Both the position numbers and the translations under genes were made by a program. Shown here in pieces: positions 11,121 through 21,039 of a stretch of DNA of 64,000 nt. Where the stretch lies: positions 864,001 through 928,000 of the forward strand of contig CAXWPL010000004.1 of assembly GCA_963666215.2 (NCBI GenBank). The letters are read 5' to 3'. This stretch comes from Acidobacteriota bacterium (GTDB lineage Bacteria; Acidobacteriota; UBA890; WLXD01). The notes under the pieces are model-generated. The model was not told where the DNA came from. It saw only the letters and a list, made by a program, of their open reading frames with translations, and did not search any database. The number at the start of each line of letters is the position of its first letter. The first letter of the stretch is position 1.

Positions 11121-11238
11121 CTATCAGGTAACGTGGGCCGACTCGGGGTCAGGAGCGCTGAGGTCCGACAGCGCGAGCGGTTGGGGCCGAGGTCGGACTT
11201 GACGAAGACCGCATGGTTGCCTAGCCGAAAGGGCCGAC

Positions 11239-12114
11239 ATGGAGCAACTAGCTCAGCTGTACCAACAGCCGATGGTGGGTCGCGCGGTGAATGTCGCGTT
11301 GATCGTGGTGATCGGCGCGGTGGCGTGGGCGTTGATCGGCCGGTTTGCGAGTCGACTCGAGAGCGTTCTGCTGCGGCCGCACGAGGGTGCGCCCGGCGAC
11401 GGGCTCAAGCGGCGGCAGGCGTTGGCCAACGTGGTGCGCTACGCGGCGAAGGCGCTTGTGGTCGTGGTCGTACTGTCGGCCGTGCTCAACCAGTTCGGGA
11501 TCGACCTCGGTCCGCTCCTCGGCACGGCCGGCATCGCCGGCCTGGTGATCGGCTTCGGCGCCCAGAACCTGCTGCGCGATTTCTTCGCCGGGATCTTTGT
11601 TCTGCTCGAATCGCAATACGGCGTAGGCGACTTCGTGGCGATTGGCGGGGTTAGTGGCACCGTCGAGCGCATCACCCTGCGGATGACGCAGTTGCGCGAC
11701 GGCCACGGTAACGTTCACATCGTGCCGAACGGCGAGATCAAGGTGGTGACGAACAAGACGCGCCTGTGGGGCAATGCGGTGCTCGATGTCGGCGTCGGGT
11801 ATGGAGAGGACATCGATCGCGTGATGACCGTGATGGCCGAAGTCGGCGACGAGTTGACGCGCGACGAGGCCTGGACCGCGGCCCTCCTCGAGCCTCTCCG
11901 GGTCGCCGGAGTGCAGGATCTGGCCGATTCGGCTGTCGTGATACGCATGTCGGTCAAAACGACGCCTGAGGAGCGCTGGAGCGTGCTGCGCGAGTTGCGT
12001 CGGCGTGTGAAGAATCGGTTCGACGCCGAGGGGATCGAGATTCCCTTCCCACAGATTCAAGTCCACAACGCGGGCGATAACTCGCGCACAGCAGCGGTGG
12101 GAGAAAGCACGTGA
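11239..12114 (+). CDS. MscS family small-conductance mechanosensitive channel
   Basis: AGIAGLVIGFGAQNLLRDFFAG, GTVERITLRMT, VPNG and GIEIPFPQ. Confidence 0.92.
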   Translation: MEQLAQLYQQPMVGRAVNVALIVVIGAVAWALIGRFASRLESVLLRPHEGAPGDGLKRRQALANVVRYAAKALVVVVVLSAVLNQFGIDLGPLLGTAGIAGLVIGFGAQNLLRDFFAGIFVLLESQYGVGDFVAIGGVSGTVERITLRMTQLRDGHGNVHIVPNGEIKVVTNKTRLWGNAVLDVGVGYGEDIDRVMTVMAEVGDELTRDEAWTAALLEPLRVAGVQDLADSAVVIRMSVKTTPEERWSVLRELRRRVKNRFDAEGIEIPFPQIQVHNAGDNSRTAAVGEST

Positions 12115-12359
12115 CGGGAATGAAGAGGGCCGTTATCTTGGCGGCGTTGTTGTGGGTTGCCGCGATCTCGTCCGGGCCCGCGGCGAGCGCACAACAGACT
12201 GCGGTCGCCGACCTGGTGATCCGCAACGGCAAGGTCGTCACGCTCTCTGGCGTCGGCGACGGTGCGCCCGAGGCGCAGGCTGTTGCGATCGATCGGATCC
12301 ACGGCTCGTGGCGGAGAGGCAGATCGACGCATTCAGTCGTCACGATATCGACTCGATAG
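12111..12359 (+). pseudogene. N-terminal remnant of a secreted YtcJ-like amidohydrolase
   Basis: Signal peptide followed by ADLVIRNGKVVT...PEAQAVAI, then similarity is lost. Confidence 0.6.
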
Positions 12360-12492
12360 CGGGGACCTACCCGTCGGAGCGCTGATCGCGCAAGCGGCGC
12401 TCCTCGCGACACGATCAATCTGCTAGATTCTCGGGGCTTTCTGCGCACCCCCCTCGCCGAGCGGGAAAGAACAGAGAAGGAGCAACACGCCC

Positions 12493-13485
12493 GTGCTGAG
12501 CGTTGGTGTGCTGGGGTTTGGTTATTGGGGGCCGAATATCGCCCGCGCGATAGCCGCGAGCGATATGGCCTCGTTGACCGCTATATGCGACACCGACCGC
12601 CTGGCCCGAGCGGCCGCCTCGCGGGCCCATCCCCACGCCTCCGTGGTCGCCACGTACGAGGAGCTGCTGGCTCTGCCGGTAGATGTGGTGGCGATCGCCA
12701 CCCCGGTCTTGTCGCATTTCGAGCTGGCGTCGGCCGCCCTTCGTGCTGGCAAGCACGTGTTCGTCGAGAAGCCCTTCACCTCTACGAGCGAGCAGGCCAT
12801 GCGACTCGTGGACTTGGCCGCGCACACACGGTTGTCGGTGATGGTGGGCCACATCTTCTTGTTCACACCGCAGGTGCGGCGAGTCGCCGAGTCGGGGCTC
12901 GGGCGCCTGACAACGATTGAGTCGACGCGACTGAACGCAGGTCCGATTCGCGCCGACGTCAACGTGATTTGGGATCTCGCGGCACACGATTTCTCGATCG
13001 TCGACCATGTCGTCAGCGATCGGCCGACCGCGGTTTCGGCCACTGGACAGCGCGTGCTCGGCGGCGAGCAGGAGGACGTTGCGTCGATCAAGGTGTATTT
13101 CGCCAGCGGTGTCGTCGGCCGCTTCGACGTGAGTTGGATCGCTCCTCAGCGCACCCGCGAATTGGTCCTTGTCGGCAGCGAGCGGAAGCTCGTATGGGAT
13201 GGCGGCGACACCGTGGGGAAGTCGCTCTACGTTGTCGAGCGCGATCGAGAGAAGGTCGAGCAGGTGTGCGAGGGTCAGGGCGAGGGCATGGACTCAGTCG
13301 GTGGCGACGGTGTGTCTCGAGAGCCACTGTGGGTGGAGCTCGACTATTTCTTCGACTGCGTGAATGCCGGCCGACAACCGCACAATGACGCGGAGGCCGG
13401 CCTGCGGAACGTGCAGTCACTCGAAGCCACAACTCGATCGTTGACGCTCGCGGGCGAACCGATCGAGCTCGGGGCGCTCGTGTGA
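12493..13485 (+). CDS. Gfo/Idh/MocA family oxidoreductase (sugar-nucleotide pathway type)
   Basis: GVLGFGYWGPNIAR, GKHVFVEKP and WDLAAHD. Confidence 0.9.
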   Translation: MLSVGVLGFGYWGPNIARAIAASDMASLTAICDTDRLARAAASRAHPHASVVATYEELLALPVDVVAIATPVLSHFELASAALRAGKHVFVEKPFTSTSEQAMRLVDLAAHTRLSVMVGHIFLFTPQVRRVAESGLGRLTTIESTRLNAGPIRADVNVIWDLAAHDFSIVDHVVSDRPTAVSATGQRVLGGEQEDVASIKVYFASGVVGRFDVSWIAPQRTRELVLVGSERKLVWDGGDTVGKSLYVVERDREKVEQVCEGQGEGMDSVGGDGVSREPLWVELDYFFDCVNAGRQPHNDAEAGLRNVQSLEATTRSLTLAGEPIELGALV

Positions 13486-13790
13486 GCGAGCGGACCGGAT
13501 CGAGTCCGGGTATCGACGACGGCGCGATGGAGGAGTCGACGATCCCCGCGGTGTATGTGCATCCGTCTGCCATCGTCGAGACTTCCGAGATCGGTCCGGG
13601 TACTCAGGTGTGGGCGTTCGCCCACGTGCTCGCCGGGGCGCGGGTGGGCGGAGAGTGCAATCTGGGAGATCACTGCTACATCGAGGGCGGTGTGGTGATC
13701 GGCTATCTGCAGGCGTTCGTAGCGGCCGATCCCGCCACCCTTCCGCCACGCGCTGCCAGCGCTCCGCCCCCGTCGCCGGCCACTGACTGA
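13482..13790 (+). pseudogene. Truncated hexapeptide-repeat acetyltransferase (WbpD/FdtC-like)
   Basis: VHPSAIVETSEIGPGTQVWAFAHVLAGARVGGECNLGDHCYIE, then an unrelated Pro-rich tail. Confidence 0.75.
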
Positions 13791-13804
13791 TCGCGGTGAA
13801 ATTC

Positions 13805-14458
13805 CTACAGAGCACCCGTTCCCGAGATCACCGCGCGCGGCGTGCGCGCCAGGATCTTCAGGTCGAGCCACAGCGAGCGCCGGCGAGCGTAGTCAACGTC
13901 GAGCCGCACCATGTCGTCGAACGCCACGCGTGAGCGTCCTTCGATTTGCCATAGTCCGGTCATCCCAGGGCGCACCGACAAGCGTTCGCGATGCCACGGC
14001 TCGTACAGCTCGACCTCGTAGGGCAGCGACGGGCGGGGCCCGACGAGACTCATATCGCCACGCAGCACGTTGACCAGCTGTGGCAACTCGTCGAGGCTGG
14101 CGCGACGCAAGAAACCACCGAGTCGCGTAATGCGCGGATCGTCGGTGAGCTTGCGGACACGCGAGCCGGAGCGCGTGCCAGGGTTGTGATCGTCCACACC
14201 GCGCACCAAGTCGTGGACGTAGCTCTCGTGCGGCCCGGGATCCGCGTCGACGATCATCGTGCGCAACTTCCAGCACTCGAAAAGCTGGCCGTCGCGGCCC
14301 ACTCGCGTTTGCCGAAAAATCGCCGCACCTGGAGACTCGAGGCGGATGGCGAGGCCAGCAACAAGCAGCAACGGCGTCGTCAGGATGAGCCCGATCGACG
14401 ACACGGTGATGTCGAGCAAGCGCTTGATCAGGTTGCCGGCCGGCTCGCTAGCCGGCAT
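13805..14458 (-). CDS. Bacterial sugar transferase (priming phosphoglycosyl transferase)
   Basis: [44 protein letters not shown] and RPGMTGLWQ; ATG 14458 preferred over the long ORF start. Confidence 0.9.
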   Translation of the reverse strand: MPASEPAGNLIKRLLDITVSSIGLILTTPLLLVAGLAIRLESPGAAIFRQTRVGRDGQLFECWKLRTMIVDADPGPHESYVHDLVRGVDDHNPGTRSGSRVRKLTDDPRITRLGGFLRRASLDELPQLVNVLRGDMSLVGPRPSLPYEVELYEPWHRERLSVRPGMTGLWQIEGRSRVAFDDMVRLDVDYARRRSLWLDLKILARTPRAVISGTGAL

Positions 14459-14654
14459 CGAGGAAGCTCGGCAGTCTCGATGAGAGCGTCGCGGGAGCGG
14501 TCGAGGGCGCGACCTCGTCCGTGGTGTGGTCGACGAACAACGCCGAGGCCGAGGCGACCAGGAGGAGCGCCGCCAGAAGCCAGAGCGCGAACGCCAGGTC
14601 CGGGTCGGGTCTCGGTTGCGGAGGAGGCTGAAGGAGTCGTTGTGGCTCGTCCAC
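14448..14654 (-). CDS. Possible small single-TM protein
   Basis: 68-aa ORF with one hydrophobic helix filling the gap between pyrF and the sugar transferase. Confidence 0.3.
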   Translation of the reverse strand: MDEPQRLLQPPPQPRPDPDLAFALWLLAALLLVASASALFVDHTTDEVAPSTAPATLSSRLPSFLDAG

Positions 14655-14706
14655 TGACGTTTCGGGTTCGTTGCGAGCTTGGGCGGAGTTGACTCTTGGT
14701 TGTCAG

Positions 14707-15447
14707 TTACGACGAGTCTGCGGCCGAGAACAAGAGAGCGATGCGTTGCTGGATCGCTGCCGCGGCCGCCGCTGGGTCGGGCGCGGCCTTGATCGGTCGG
14801 CCGACAACAATGTAGTCGGCGCCAGCGTGGAACGCTTCTTCGATGTCGACGGTTCGCTTCTGGTCGTCGGCGGTCACGCGGTTGTCGCCGGGGCGGATGC
14901 CGGGCACCACGGCAATCAGGCCGTCTCCGGTTTCGCGTCGCAGGGCGGCGACTTCGAGTCCCGACGACACGATGCCGTCGCATCCGAGCGCCAGCGCGCG
15001 CCGCGCTCGGGAAAGTACGACGTCGCTGATCTCGACGCGAAAGCCCAGGTCGTCCATGTCGGCCTCGTCGAGGCTGGTGAGGACGGTGACGGCGAGCACG
15101 CCGACATCACCCTTGGCCTCGACGGCCGCTTCGAGAAGCGCATCGTTGCCATGCACCGTGCAGAAATCGACGCCGTGCTCCGACAGACGCCGTACGGCCC
15201 GTCCCACTGTTGCCGGTACATCGAACAGCTTGAGGTCGGTGAAGATCTTCTTGCCACGCTGCCGCAACCACGCCACGAGCTCGAAATAACCGTCACCCAT
15301 GAAGAGCTCGAGCCCAAGCTTGTAGAACACTACGTTGTCGCCAAGCGTCCCGGCGAGTGCTTTGGCCTCGGCCGCGCTCGGCACGTCCATGGCGAACATG
15401 AGGCGCTCGTTTGCCGGAATCGGTTTGGTCGACAGGAACGACTTCAT
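14707..15447 (-). CDS. pyrF: Orotidine-5'-phosphate decarboxylase
   Basis: KLGLEL, DLKLFDVPATV, VTVLTS, PGIRP and IVVGRPI. Confidence 0.95.
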   Translation of the reverse strand: MKSFLSTKPIPANERLMFAMDVPSAAEAKALAGTLGDNVVFYKLGLELFMGDGYFELVAWLRQRGKKIFTDLKLFDVPATVGRAVRRLSEHGVDFCTVHGNDALLEAAVEAKGDVGVLAVTVLTSLDEADMDDLGFRVEISDVVLSRARRALALGCDGIVSSGLEVAALRRETGDGLIAVVPGIRPGDNRVTADDQKRTVDIEEAFHAGADYIVVGRPIKAAPDPAAAAAAIQQRIALLFSAADSS

Positions 15448-15468
15448 GGTGACAGTTACTCGCGAACG

Positions 15469-16803
15469 TCAGGCGGTGGCCGCCGTGGTCGAGGGGATCG
15501 AGGGTCGGCCTGGATCGTAGTGTGGCCCGGTGTCCTCCGAAAGTTCCTCCGGACGCGGCCAGAGCGCAGCAGTGACGAAGAAAATCCAGAAGATGCCGGG
15601 GTGGAACAGCAACGACTCCCCGAGGTTGGCCGCCGCGAGAAAAAGCAAGATGGTCAGCGGCCAGAGGTCGAGCCTGTCGCGTCGCCAGCGACAGATCGAG
15701 GCGGCGCGCCAGAACACGCCGATCGCCAGCGCGGCGAACAGCAGGCTGCCGACAAAGCCGAACTGGAGCCAGATATCGACATAGTTGTTGTGCGCGTGCT
15801 CCATGCGCCAGCCGAGCCTCCTCCACATCTGCGCCACGAGCCGACCGTGACCCTCCCAGAAGCCTCCGTAACCCCAGCCCAGCCACGGCCGCTGCCAGGC
15901 GGCGTCGATGACCATCCTCCAAAGGGGCACCCGCCCTGTGAAGGTCAACTCGCGGCCGATGAGACCTAGAGCGCGCTCGGCCGAACCTACTGCGATCGTC
16001 ACGAGAAGTGCTCCCAGCACCAGCAGGCCGCCGCGCCAAGCCGAGGATCGGACTCGCTGCCAGGCAAGGACGCCCAGCAACGCGAGCGCCGTCACCCCCG
16101 CCGCCAGCTGCGAGACGCGCGAGTCCGACATCACCAGCAGCAGCGTCGCCCCCGAGAGCCCGGCCCAGCTCCAGACGTCGCGCGGGCGCGCTCCGAGACG
16201 CACCGCAAACACCAAGAGCGCCAGGGCCATCATCGATCCCAAGACATTCTTGTGGGTGAAGGCGCCACGCCAGACGACGACCGGATCCGTACCTTCGAGC
16301 ATCAAGTCGTCGAGGCGTGAGACGCGGTCGGGGACGACGACGATCATGAGCAGGTTCACCAAGATCACGGCGGCGAGCGCCATCGACAGCAGCCGCAGCA
16401 GCTCATGGCGTGGGAAGCGGGCGACGACGTAGGCGCCGAACAGAGTCTTGCCGACGAGCCCCGCGCCGCGGCGCAATGTTGAGCTCGGCTCGGCCGACCA
16501 GAGCACGGAGGCCAGGACGAAGGCCACGAAGACCCACAAGAGCGGATTGCGCCGTGCAACCGCGATCACCGCACGACCGTGGATCAGGGCGATGGTAGCG
16601 GTTAGCAGGTAAATGACTGCCCAGTGGGCATAGTGCGGCAGGTCGTACTTGAAGATCATTGTCGAGAGCACCAGCACGACGACGACGAACGGCATTTCGA
16701 CGAGCCGCAGGCGTTCGCTCAGCACGGGAGCCGGGCCCGCTGACACAGCAACGACGGCTCGATCGGCAGGGAGAAGAGGAGGCTCGCGCGGTGGTTCGGT
16801 CAT
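15469..16803 (-). CDS. O-antigen ligase/Wzy_C (ExoQ-like) membrane protein
   Basis: WRGAFTHKNVLG, TFTGRVPLW, PWLGWGYGGFW and HAHNNY. Confidence 0.88.
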   Translation of the reverse strand: MTEPPREPPLLPADRAVVAVSAGPAPVLSERLRLVEMPFVVVVLVLSTMIFKYDLPHYAHWAVIYLLTATIALIHGRAVIAVARRNPLLWVFVAFVLASVLWSAEPSSTLRRGAGLVGKTLFGAYVVARFPRHELLRLLSMALAAVILVNLLMIVVVPDRVSRLDDLMLEGTDPVVVWRGAFTHKNVLGSMMALALLVFAVRLGARPRDVWSWAGLSGATLLLVMSDSRVSQLAAGVTALALLGVLAWQRVRSSAWRGGLLVLGALLVTIAVGSAERALGLIGRELTFTGRVPLWRMVIDAAWQRPWLGWGYGGFWEGHGRLVAQMWRRLGWRMEHAHNNYVDIWLQFGFVGSLLFAALAIGVFWRAASICRWRRDRLDLWPLTILLFLAAANLGESLLFHPGIFWIFFVTAALWPRPEELSEDTGPHYDPGRPSIPSTTAATA

Positions 16804-16852
16804 CTGGCGCGCATCGTAGTGAGGTGACCTTCTCGCGACAAGCTCGCCGGCG

Positions 16853-17287
16853 CTAGCGATAGCCTGTGATGTACGTCTCGAGGTCGCGAATGGTCATCTC
16901 GCGCTCCGAGATGATCGACTTGACGACGTCTCCGATCGAGATCACGCCGACGAGCTCCGCCCCGTTCAGTACCGGGAGATGACGCACTCGCCGCGTGGTC
17001 ATCAGCGCCATGCAGTTGTCGAGCGTGCTCGAAGGACCGACCTTGACGGTCACTTTCGTCATGATCTCTCGTACCGGCGTGTTACGAGAGCGCTTGCCCT
17101 CCAGCGCGAGCTTCCGGGCGTAGTCTCGCTCCGAGACGATTCCGGCCAGGGCGCCCTCTTCGAGCACAAGTAGGGCTCCACACCGATGCTCCGCCATGAC
17201 CTCGAGCGCCTTGAAGACACTCTCGTCCGGCGTCACCGACCAAACGTCGGTGCCCTTCTCGAGTAGCAGTTGGCGTACGGTTGTCAT
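16853..17287 (-). CDS. CBS-domain pair protein
   Basis: GIVSERDYARK, RHLPV and ISIGDVVK. Confidence 0.92.
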   Translation of the reverse strand: MTTVRQLLLEKGTDVWSVTPDESVFKALEVMAEHRCGALLVLEEGALAGIVSERDYARKLALEGKRSRNTPVREIMTKVTVKVGPSSTLDNCMALMTTRRVRHLPVLNGAELVGVISIGDVVKSIISEREMTIRDLETYITGYR

Positions 17288-17518
17288 CGCCTGCGACGGA
17301 AAGCCGTGCCGGTCCGGTTCGCTTGCATAGCGAACACGCCGACGGCGGCCAACTACCCACCCCGGCGGGGATCGTGCCCTACGCGTAGGCGTGCTTTCAA
17401 GGGGGTCAGAAGATTCCCCCTGCTTGTCGGGCTCGAGCGAACAGCATCAGCGAGCTGTTCGGCGTCAAACAGCGGATTCGGAACGCCAGCGTACGCCGCG
17501 CTCGGGCCTCGCGCCGCG

Positions 17519-18805
17519 TCAGACGATGACACCATGCTCGGTGGGCGTGTATCCGACTTCCGGGAAGATTGTTGAGAAGTCGGGGTTGCCGGCGCGCTTG
17601 GTGAGGATCTCGGTGAGGATGTCGCGGTAGTCGGTGGTGATCGCCAGATCCTGGTCTTCGAAGAGCTGCTCGGGCTCGAGCCCCGGCCAGTCGGTCATGA
17701 CGCGGCCGCCGGCAACGTTCTTGCCCATCACGAACATCACCGAGGCGTGGCCGTGGTCGGTGCCCGCTGAGCCATTCTCGAATGCGTTGCGGCCGAACTC
17801 CGACATCGCCACCACGATGACGTTCTTGCGCTTGGAGAGATCTCTGTGGAGGGCGTTCATCCCCATGGCGAAGGTGCCCATGAGGCTCGACATCCAGCCG
17901 TCGACCGATCCCTGGTTGTCGTGTGTGTCCCAGCCGCCGAGATCGATCGACACGGCTTCGACGCCGATGTCGGCCTTGATCAGCGCTGCCGTCGACCGCA
18001 TGGCGTAGCCGAACTCGTCCTCCGGATAGTTGGCGCCTCCAGTGGGCCTGTAACCGTCGAAGTCGATGCTGGCGAGCAGATCGATCGTCTGGGTCGTGTT
18101 CCGCGCCGCCGTGCTCAGAGGGTCGGGGAAGGCCGCGTACATGGCCTCGATAGCCTTCTGACGCCCGTTCACCGTATGGAAGTCACCGTCGAAGCCGAAG
18201 GTGGACAGATCCTGAATCGGCAGCGCCCGTGGTCCACCTACAAGGTGCCGTTGCAGCCCGTAGCCCATGCCGACCGCCCGCAGCACCGCGCTCGCCTTGC
18301 TGGGCGCAGTGGCCGCAAGGTGACGACCCAGCCAGCCGGTAAAGAGCGTGGCGGGGGCGTTGCCTTGGCCGACCTCCATGAAACGCATCGCCTCGAAGTG
18401 CGAGCGCGTGGGATTCTCCAGCCCCGTGGCGTGAACGACGAGGAGATCCTTGTCGTTGAACGGTGTCGTCAGCGGCGCCATCGATGGCGGCAAGCCAAAG
18501 TTGTCGTCGAGGGCGATGGCTCGATTCGGGTCGCCCGAGTCGGGCGGCGCAACCGCGATGTTGGGCCTCAGGTCGTAGTATGGCCGCTCGTTGAACGGCA
18601 CGCACGCGGTCAATCCGTCGATGCCGCCGCGCAGAAAGATCGACACGATAACGTCGCGCGCGCTGTTGTCGGCGCTGGCCAGCACGACGCGGGGCAGCCA
18701 GCTCGGCGACAGCGCCGTGGCGAACGCGGCGCTGCCGAGGCCGACGAAATTGCGTCGCGAGATCGAGTTGTATTCGTTACATCCGCATTTCTCGTCTCGG
18801 CTCAT
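17519..18805 (-). CDS. DUF1501 domain protein, Tat-exported
   Basis: SRRNF Tat motif, FLRGGIDGL, RSHF, GGWDTH, SEFGR and GTDHG. Confidence 0.9.
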   Translation of the reverse strand: MSRDEKCGCNEYNSISRRNFVGLGSAAFATALSPSWLPRVVLASADNSARDVIVSIFLRGGIDGLTACVPFNERPYYDLRPNIAVAPPDSGDPNRAIALDDNFGLPPSMAPLTTPFNDKDLLVVHATGLENPTRSHFEAMRFMEVGQGNAPATLFTGWLGRHLAATAPSKASAVLRAVGMGYGLQRHLVGGPRALPIQDLSTFGFDGDFHTVNGRQKAIEAMYAAFPDPLSTAARNTTQTIDLLASIDFDGYRPTGGANYPEDEFGYAMRSTAALIKADIGVEAVSIDLGGWDTHDNQGSVDGWMSSLMGTFAMGMNALHRDLSKRKNVIVVAMSEFGRNAFENGSAGTDHGHASVMFVMGKNVAGGRVMTDWPGLEPEQLFEDQDLAITTDYRDILTEILTKRAGNPDFSTIFPEVGYTPTEHGVIV

Positions 18806-18837
18806 TGCGATCTCCTAGCGACTCTCACCACGGCTTG

Positions 18838-20391
18838 CTAGTACTGCTGGAATTCTGGCGCGCTGATTGCGATGCCAATCGCTTCGCGCACCCGTTTCGG
18901 GTTCAGCCGTCCTTTGTTGAGGAACGCGCGGAGCTCCGTCTTCGAGCTGCTCGACATCTGACCGTCGAACAGGAACCGGTTGATGCGGTTGAGCACCGCG
19001 CTCTTGCCGCCCTTCGTGCTCGCCAGCGCCGGCGCCACCTCCACCGGTGAACGGCCCGGCTGCATCGCGTTGGCGGCGAAGTTCCAGCGCGGCAGGATGA
19101 AGCCCGACCAGTAGGCCTCGTCGTCGGGATAGCCGTCGGGGGGCTCCCAGTTGAATGGCAGCTGGCCGGCATTTCGCAGCGAGTCAATTAGAAAGGAGGG
19201 GTCACCGATGCTGGCGCCCGTGGCGCGCATTGCCGACGTTACGAGGTGGAAGGGTCGCTTTATCTTGGGCATTGCGCTCCTCAGGCTCTGTTTCTCGAGC
19301 GCCGTTCGCAGCATCGCTCGAACGCTGCCGCCGGCGCGCTTGTAGGTGTTCTTGACCCGATTGACGAGAGCCTGGTCGGGCTCGTAGCCCCAGAAACGGA
19401 TCAGGATCTTACGGGCGATGAAGTCGGCGGTGTTGTCGTGATCGCCGAGAATCTTCAACACGCGCTCGCCCTCCGAGACCCCCTTCCCCGAGGGGAAGTC
19501 GCGATTCAGAAAGCGCTTCCTGGCGCGGTCGTGGCGCTCGCCGTAGAAGGCGAAGGTGCCCACCTCGCCCGCTTCGCGGTATGGGGTGACCCACGTCCAA
19601 CCCGTGAAGATTCGCGCCAGCTCCTTGACGTCCTTCTCGGTGTAGCCGTTGTCGGCACCGAGCGTGTGCAGCTCCATGATCTCGCGTGCGTAGTTCTCGT
19701 TTGCGAAGCCGCGGACATTGCTGTCGTTGGTGAGGTACACGAGCATCGATGGGCTGTGCGCCGACGCGGTCAACAGGTCCGGGAAGCGGCGCATGGCATT
19801 GGCGCGGATGACGTCGCGATCGTCGACAGGCTTCAGGAGCGGCTGGAAGTCCGCGAAGATGTCGATGTTGAAATGGTCGCTCCACAACTCCACCACGCGC
19901 TCGAACAGCTGACGAGGCGAGTAGATCGCTCGGAATAACGTTGCGGCCCACAGCTCGAAGACCGGCACGAACGGATTGCTCTCGAAGTTCCGAAAGAGAG
20001 CGTCGGGCGACATCGTCAACGTCGGCAGCGCCTCGGCGAGCGAATCCTCGAGCTCGGAGTTGTCGAGCTTCTCGAAGTCGAGCTGTTCCTCGAGGTAGCG
20101 CGTATAGCCGATCTGCTCGATCCGCGCGTAGTTGGCCCGCGTCCCTCCCAGCGTGATGCGCTGTACGAGCGTCCGGTCGACATCCGCAAGCTTCGCGAAG
20201 TCCATGGCGCCGCGCTCCGGTGTCGCGGCACCGAGCGCCGAGAGCGTTTCCAGCTCACGTCGTACCGAGGCAGGTAGCCGTGGCACCGTTGGCCCGAGCG
20301 ACAGCCGCGGGAACGATCGGCGCGGCCTTGGCAGCTCCTCCATCGAGGGGCCGCTGAAGCCGGGCGACGGGCTGGCCTGCATCTGACGCAT
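18838..20391 (-). CDS. DUF1800 domain protein
   Basis: LWSDHFN, NENYAREIMELHTLG and ARIFTGW; usual partner of DUF1501. Start uncertain. Confidence 0.88.
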   Translation of the reverse strand: MRQMQASPSPGFSGPSMEELPRPRRSFPRLSLGPTVPRLPASVRRELETLSALGAATPERGAMDFAKLADVDRTLVQRITLGGTRANYARIEQIGYTRYLEEQLDFEKLDNSELEDSLAEALPTLTMSPDALFRNFESNPFVPVFELWAATLFRAIYSPRQLFERVVELWSDHFNIDIFADFQPLLKPVDDRDVIRANAMRRFPDLLTASAHSPSMLVYLTNDSNVRGFANENYAREIMELHTLGADNGYTEKDVKELARIFTGWTWVTPYREAGEVGTFAFYGERHDRARKRFLNRDFPSGKGVSEGERVLKILGDHDNTADFIARKILIRFWGYEPDQALVNRVKNTYKRAGGSVRAMLRTALEKQSLRSAMPKIKRPFHLVTSAMRATGASIGDPSFLIDSLRNAGQLPFNWEPPDGYPDDEAYWSGFILPRWNFAANAMQPGRSPVEVAPALASTKGGKSAVLNRINRFLFDGQMSSSSKTELRAFLNKGRLNPKRVREAIGIAISAPEFQQY

Positions 20392-20621
20392 GGGCGCTTC
20401 TCCTGCCTGTCGTACCTGCAACGAGCCCAGCTCCACCCATTCACGCGGTGGGGCAGGGCTTCTGCTGCGGCGACACTTGACGGAAGGCCAGGGGGTGCTT
20501 CGGAGCCTATCAAGGCGACGTCGATGACAACAAGGACGGTGGCGGCCTCGGCCGTCAGCGGCGGCCGCAACTCGACTTGGGCATGGAGCGGTGTCCGGCG
20601 GAGGCATCTGCATGGGCGAGC

Positions 20622-20738
20622 TTGGCGCCCCGTGCGGGTGTGGTGATCGCTGCCACCCGCAACCCGCTGGTCAACCGCGGCGACGCGATTGTCCACCTGG
20701 CCGACGCCGGCTGGCTCTTCGGAAAATGCAGAGTCTGA
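20622..20738 (+). pseudogene. C-terminal remnant of a succinylglutamate desuccinylase/aspartoacylase family gene
   Basis: Manual translation gives LAPRAGVVIAATRNPLVNRGDAIVHLAD, resembling the C-terminus of this family. Confidence 0.5.
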
Positions 20739-20744
20739 AGAAAA

Positions 20745-20842
20745 TGGCGGAGGGGGTGGGATTCGAACCCACGTGCCAGGATTTGACCCCGACAACTCGA
20801 TTTCGAGTCGAGCGCGTTACGGCCGGACTTCGCTACCCCTCC
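20745..20842 (-). tRNA. tRNA-Ser(CGA)
   Basis: GGAGGGGTAGCG...CTCGA-CT-CGA-AA-TCGAG, long variable arm, GGTTCGAATCCC and encoded CCA. Confidence 0.95.
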
Positions 20843-21039
20843 GCGCGGCTCGCGCTCGACGCGCTCGCCGCGGGGGCGAGGTCCGATCGCGAGAACGCAA
20901 AGAGTAGCACCGACGCATCGAGCCACGCGGCCGTGCGCTCGTTGCGCCAGATCAGCGCGATTCCGCAAGTCATCAGCGGTAGCACGAGGAGCCCAAGGAT
21001 GCAGCCGATGGCCCCGTAGCCTCGCCCCCGCGAGCTCCG

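Noticed and set aside
14459-14983. Long N-terminal extension of the sugar transferase ORF
   Set aside because: Arg-rich shadow translation overlapping pyrF in another frame.
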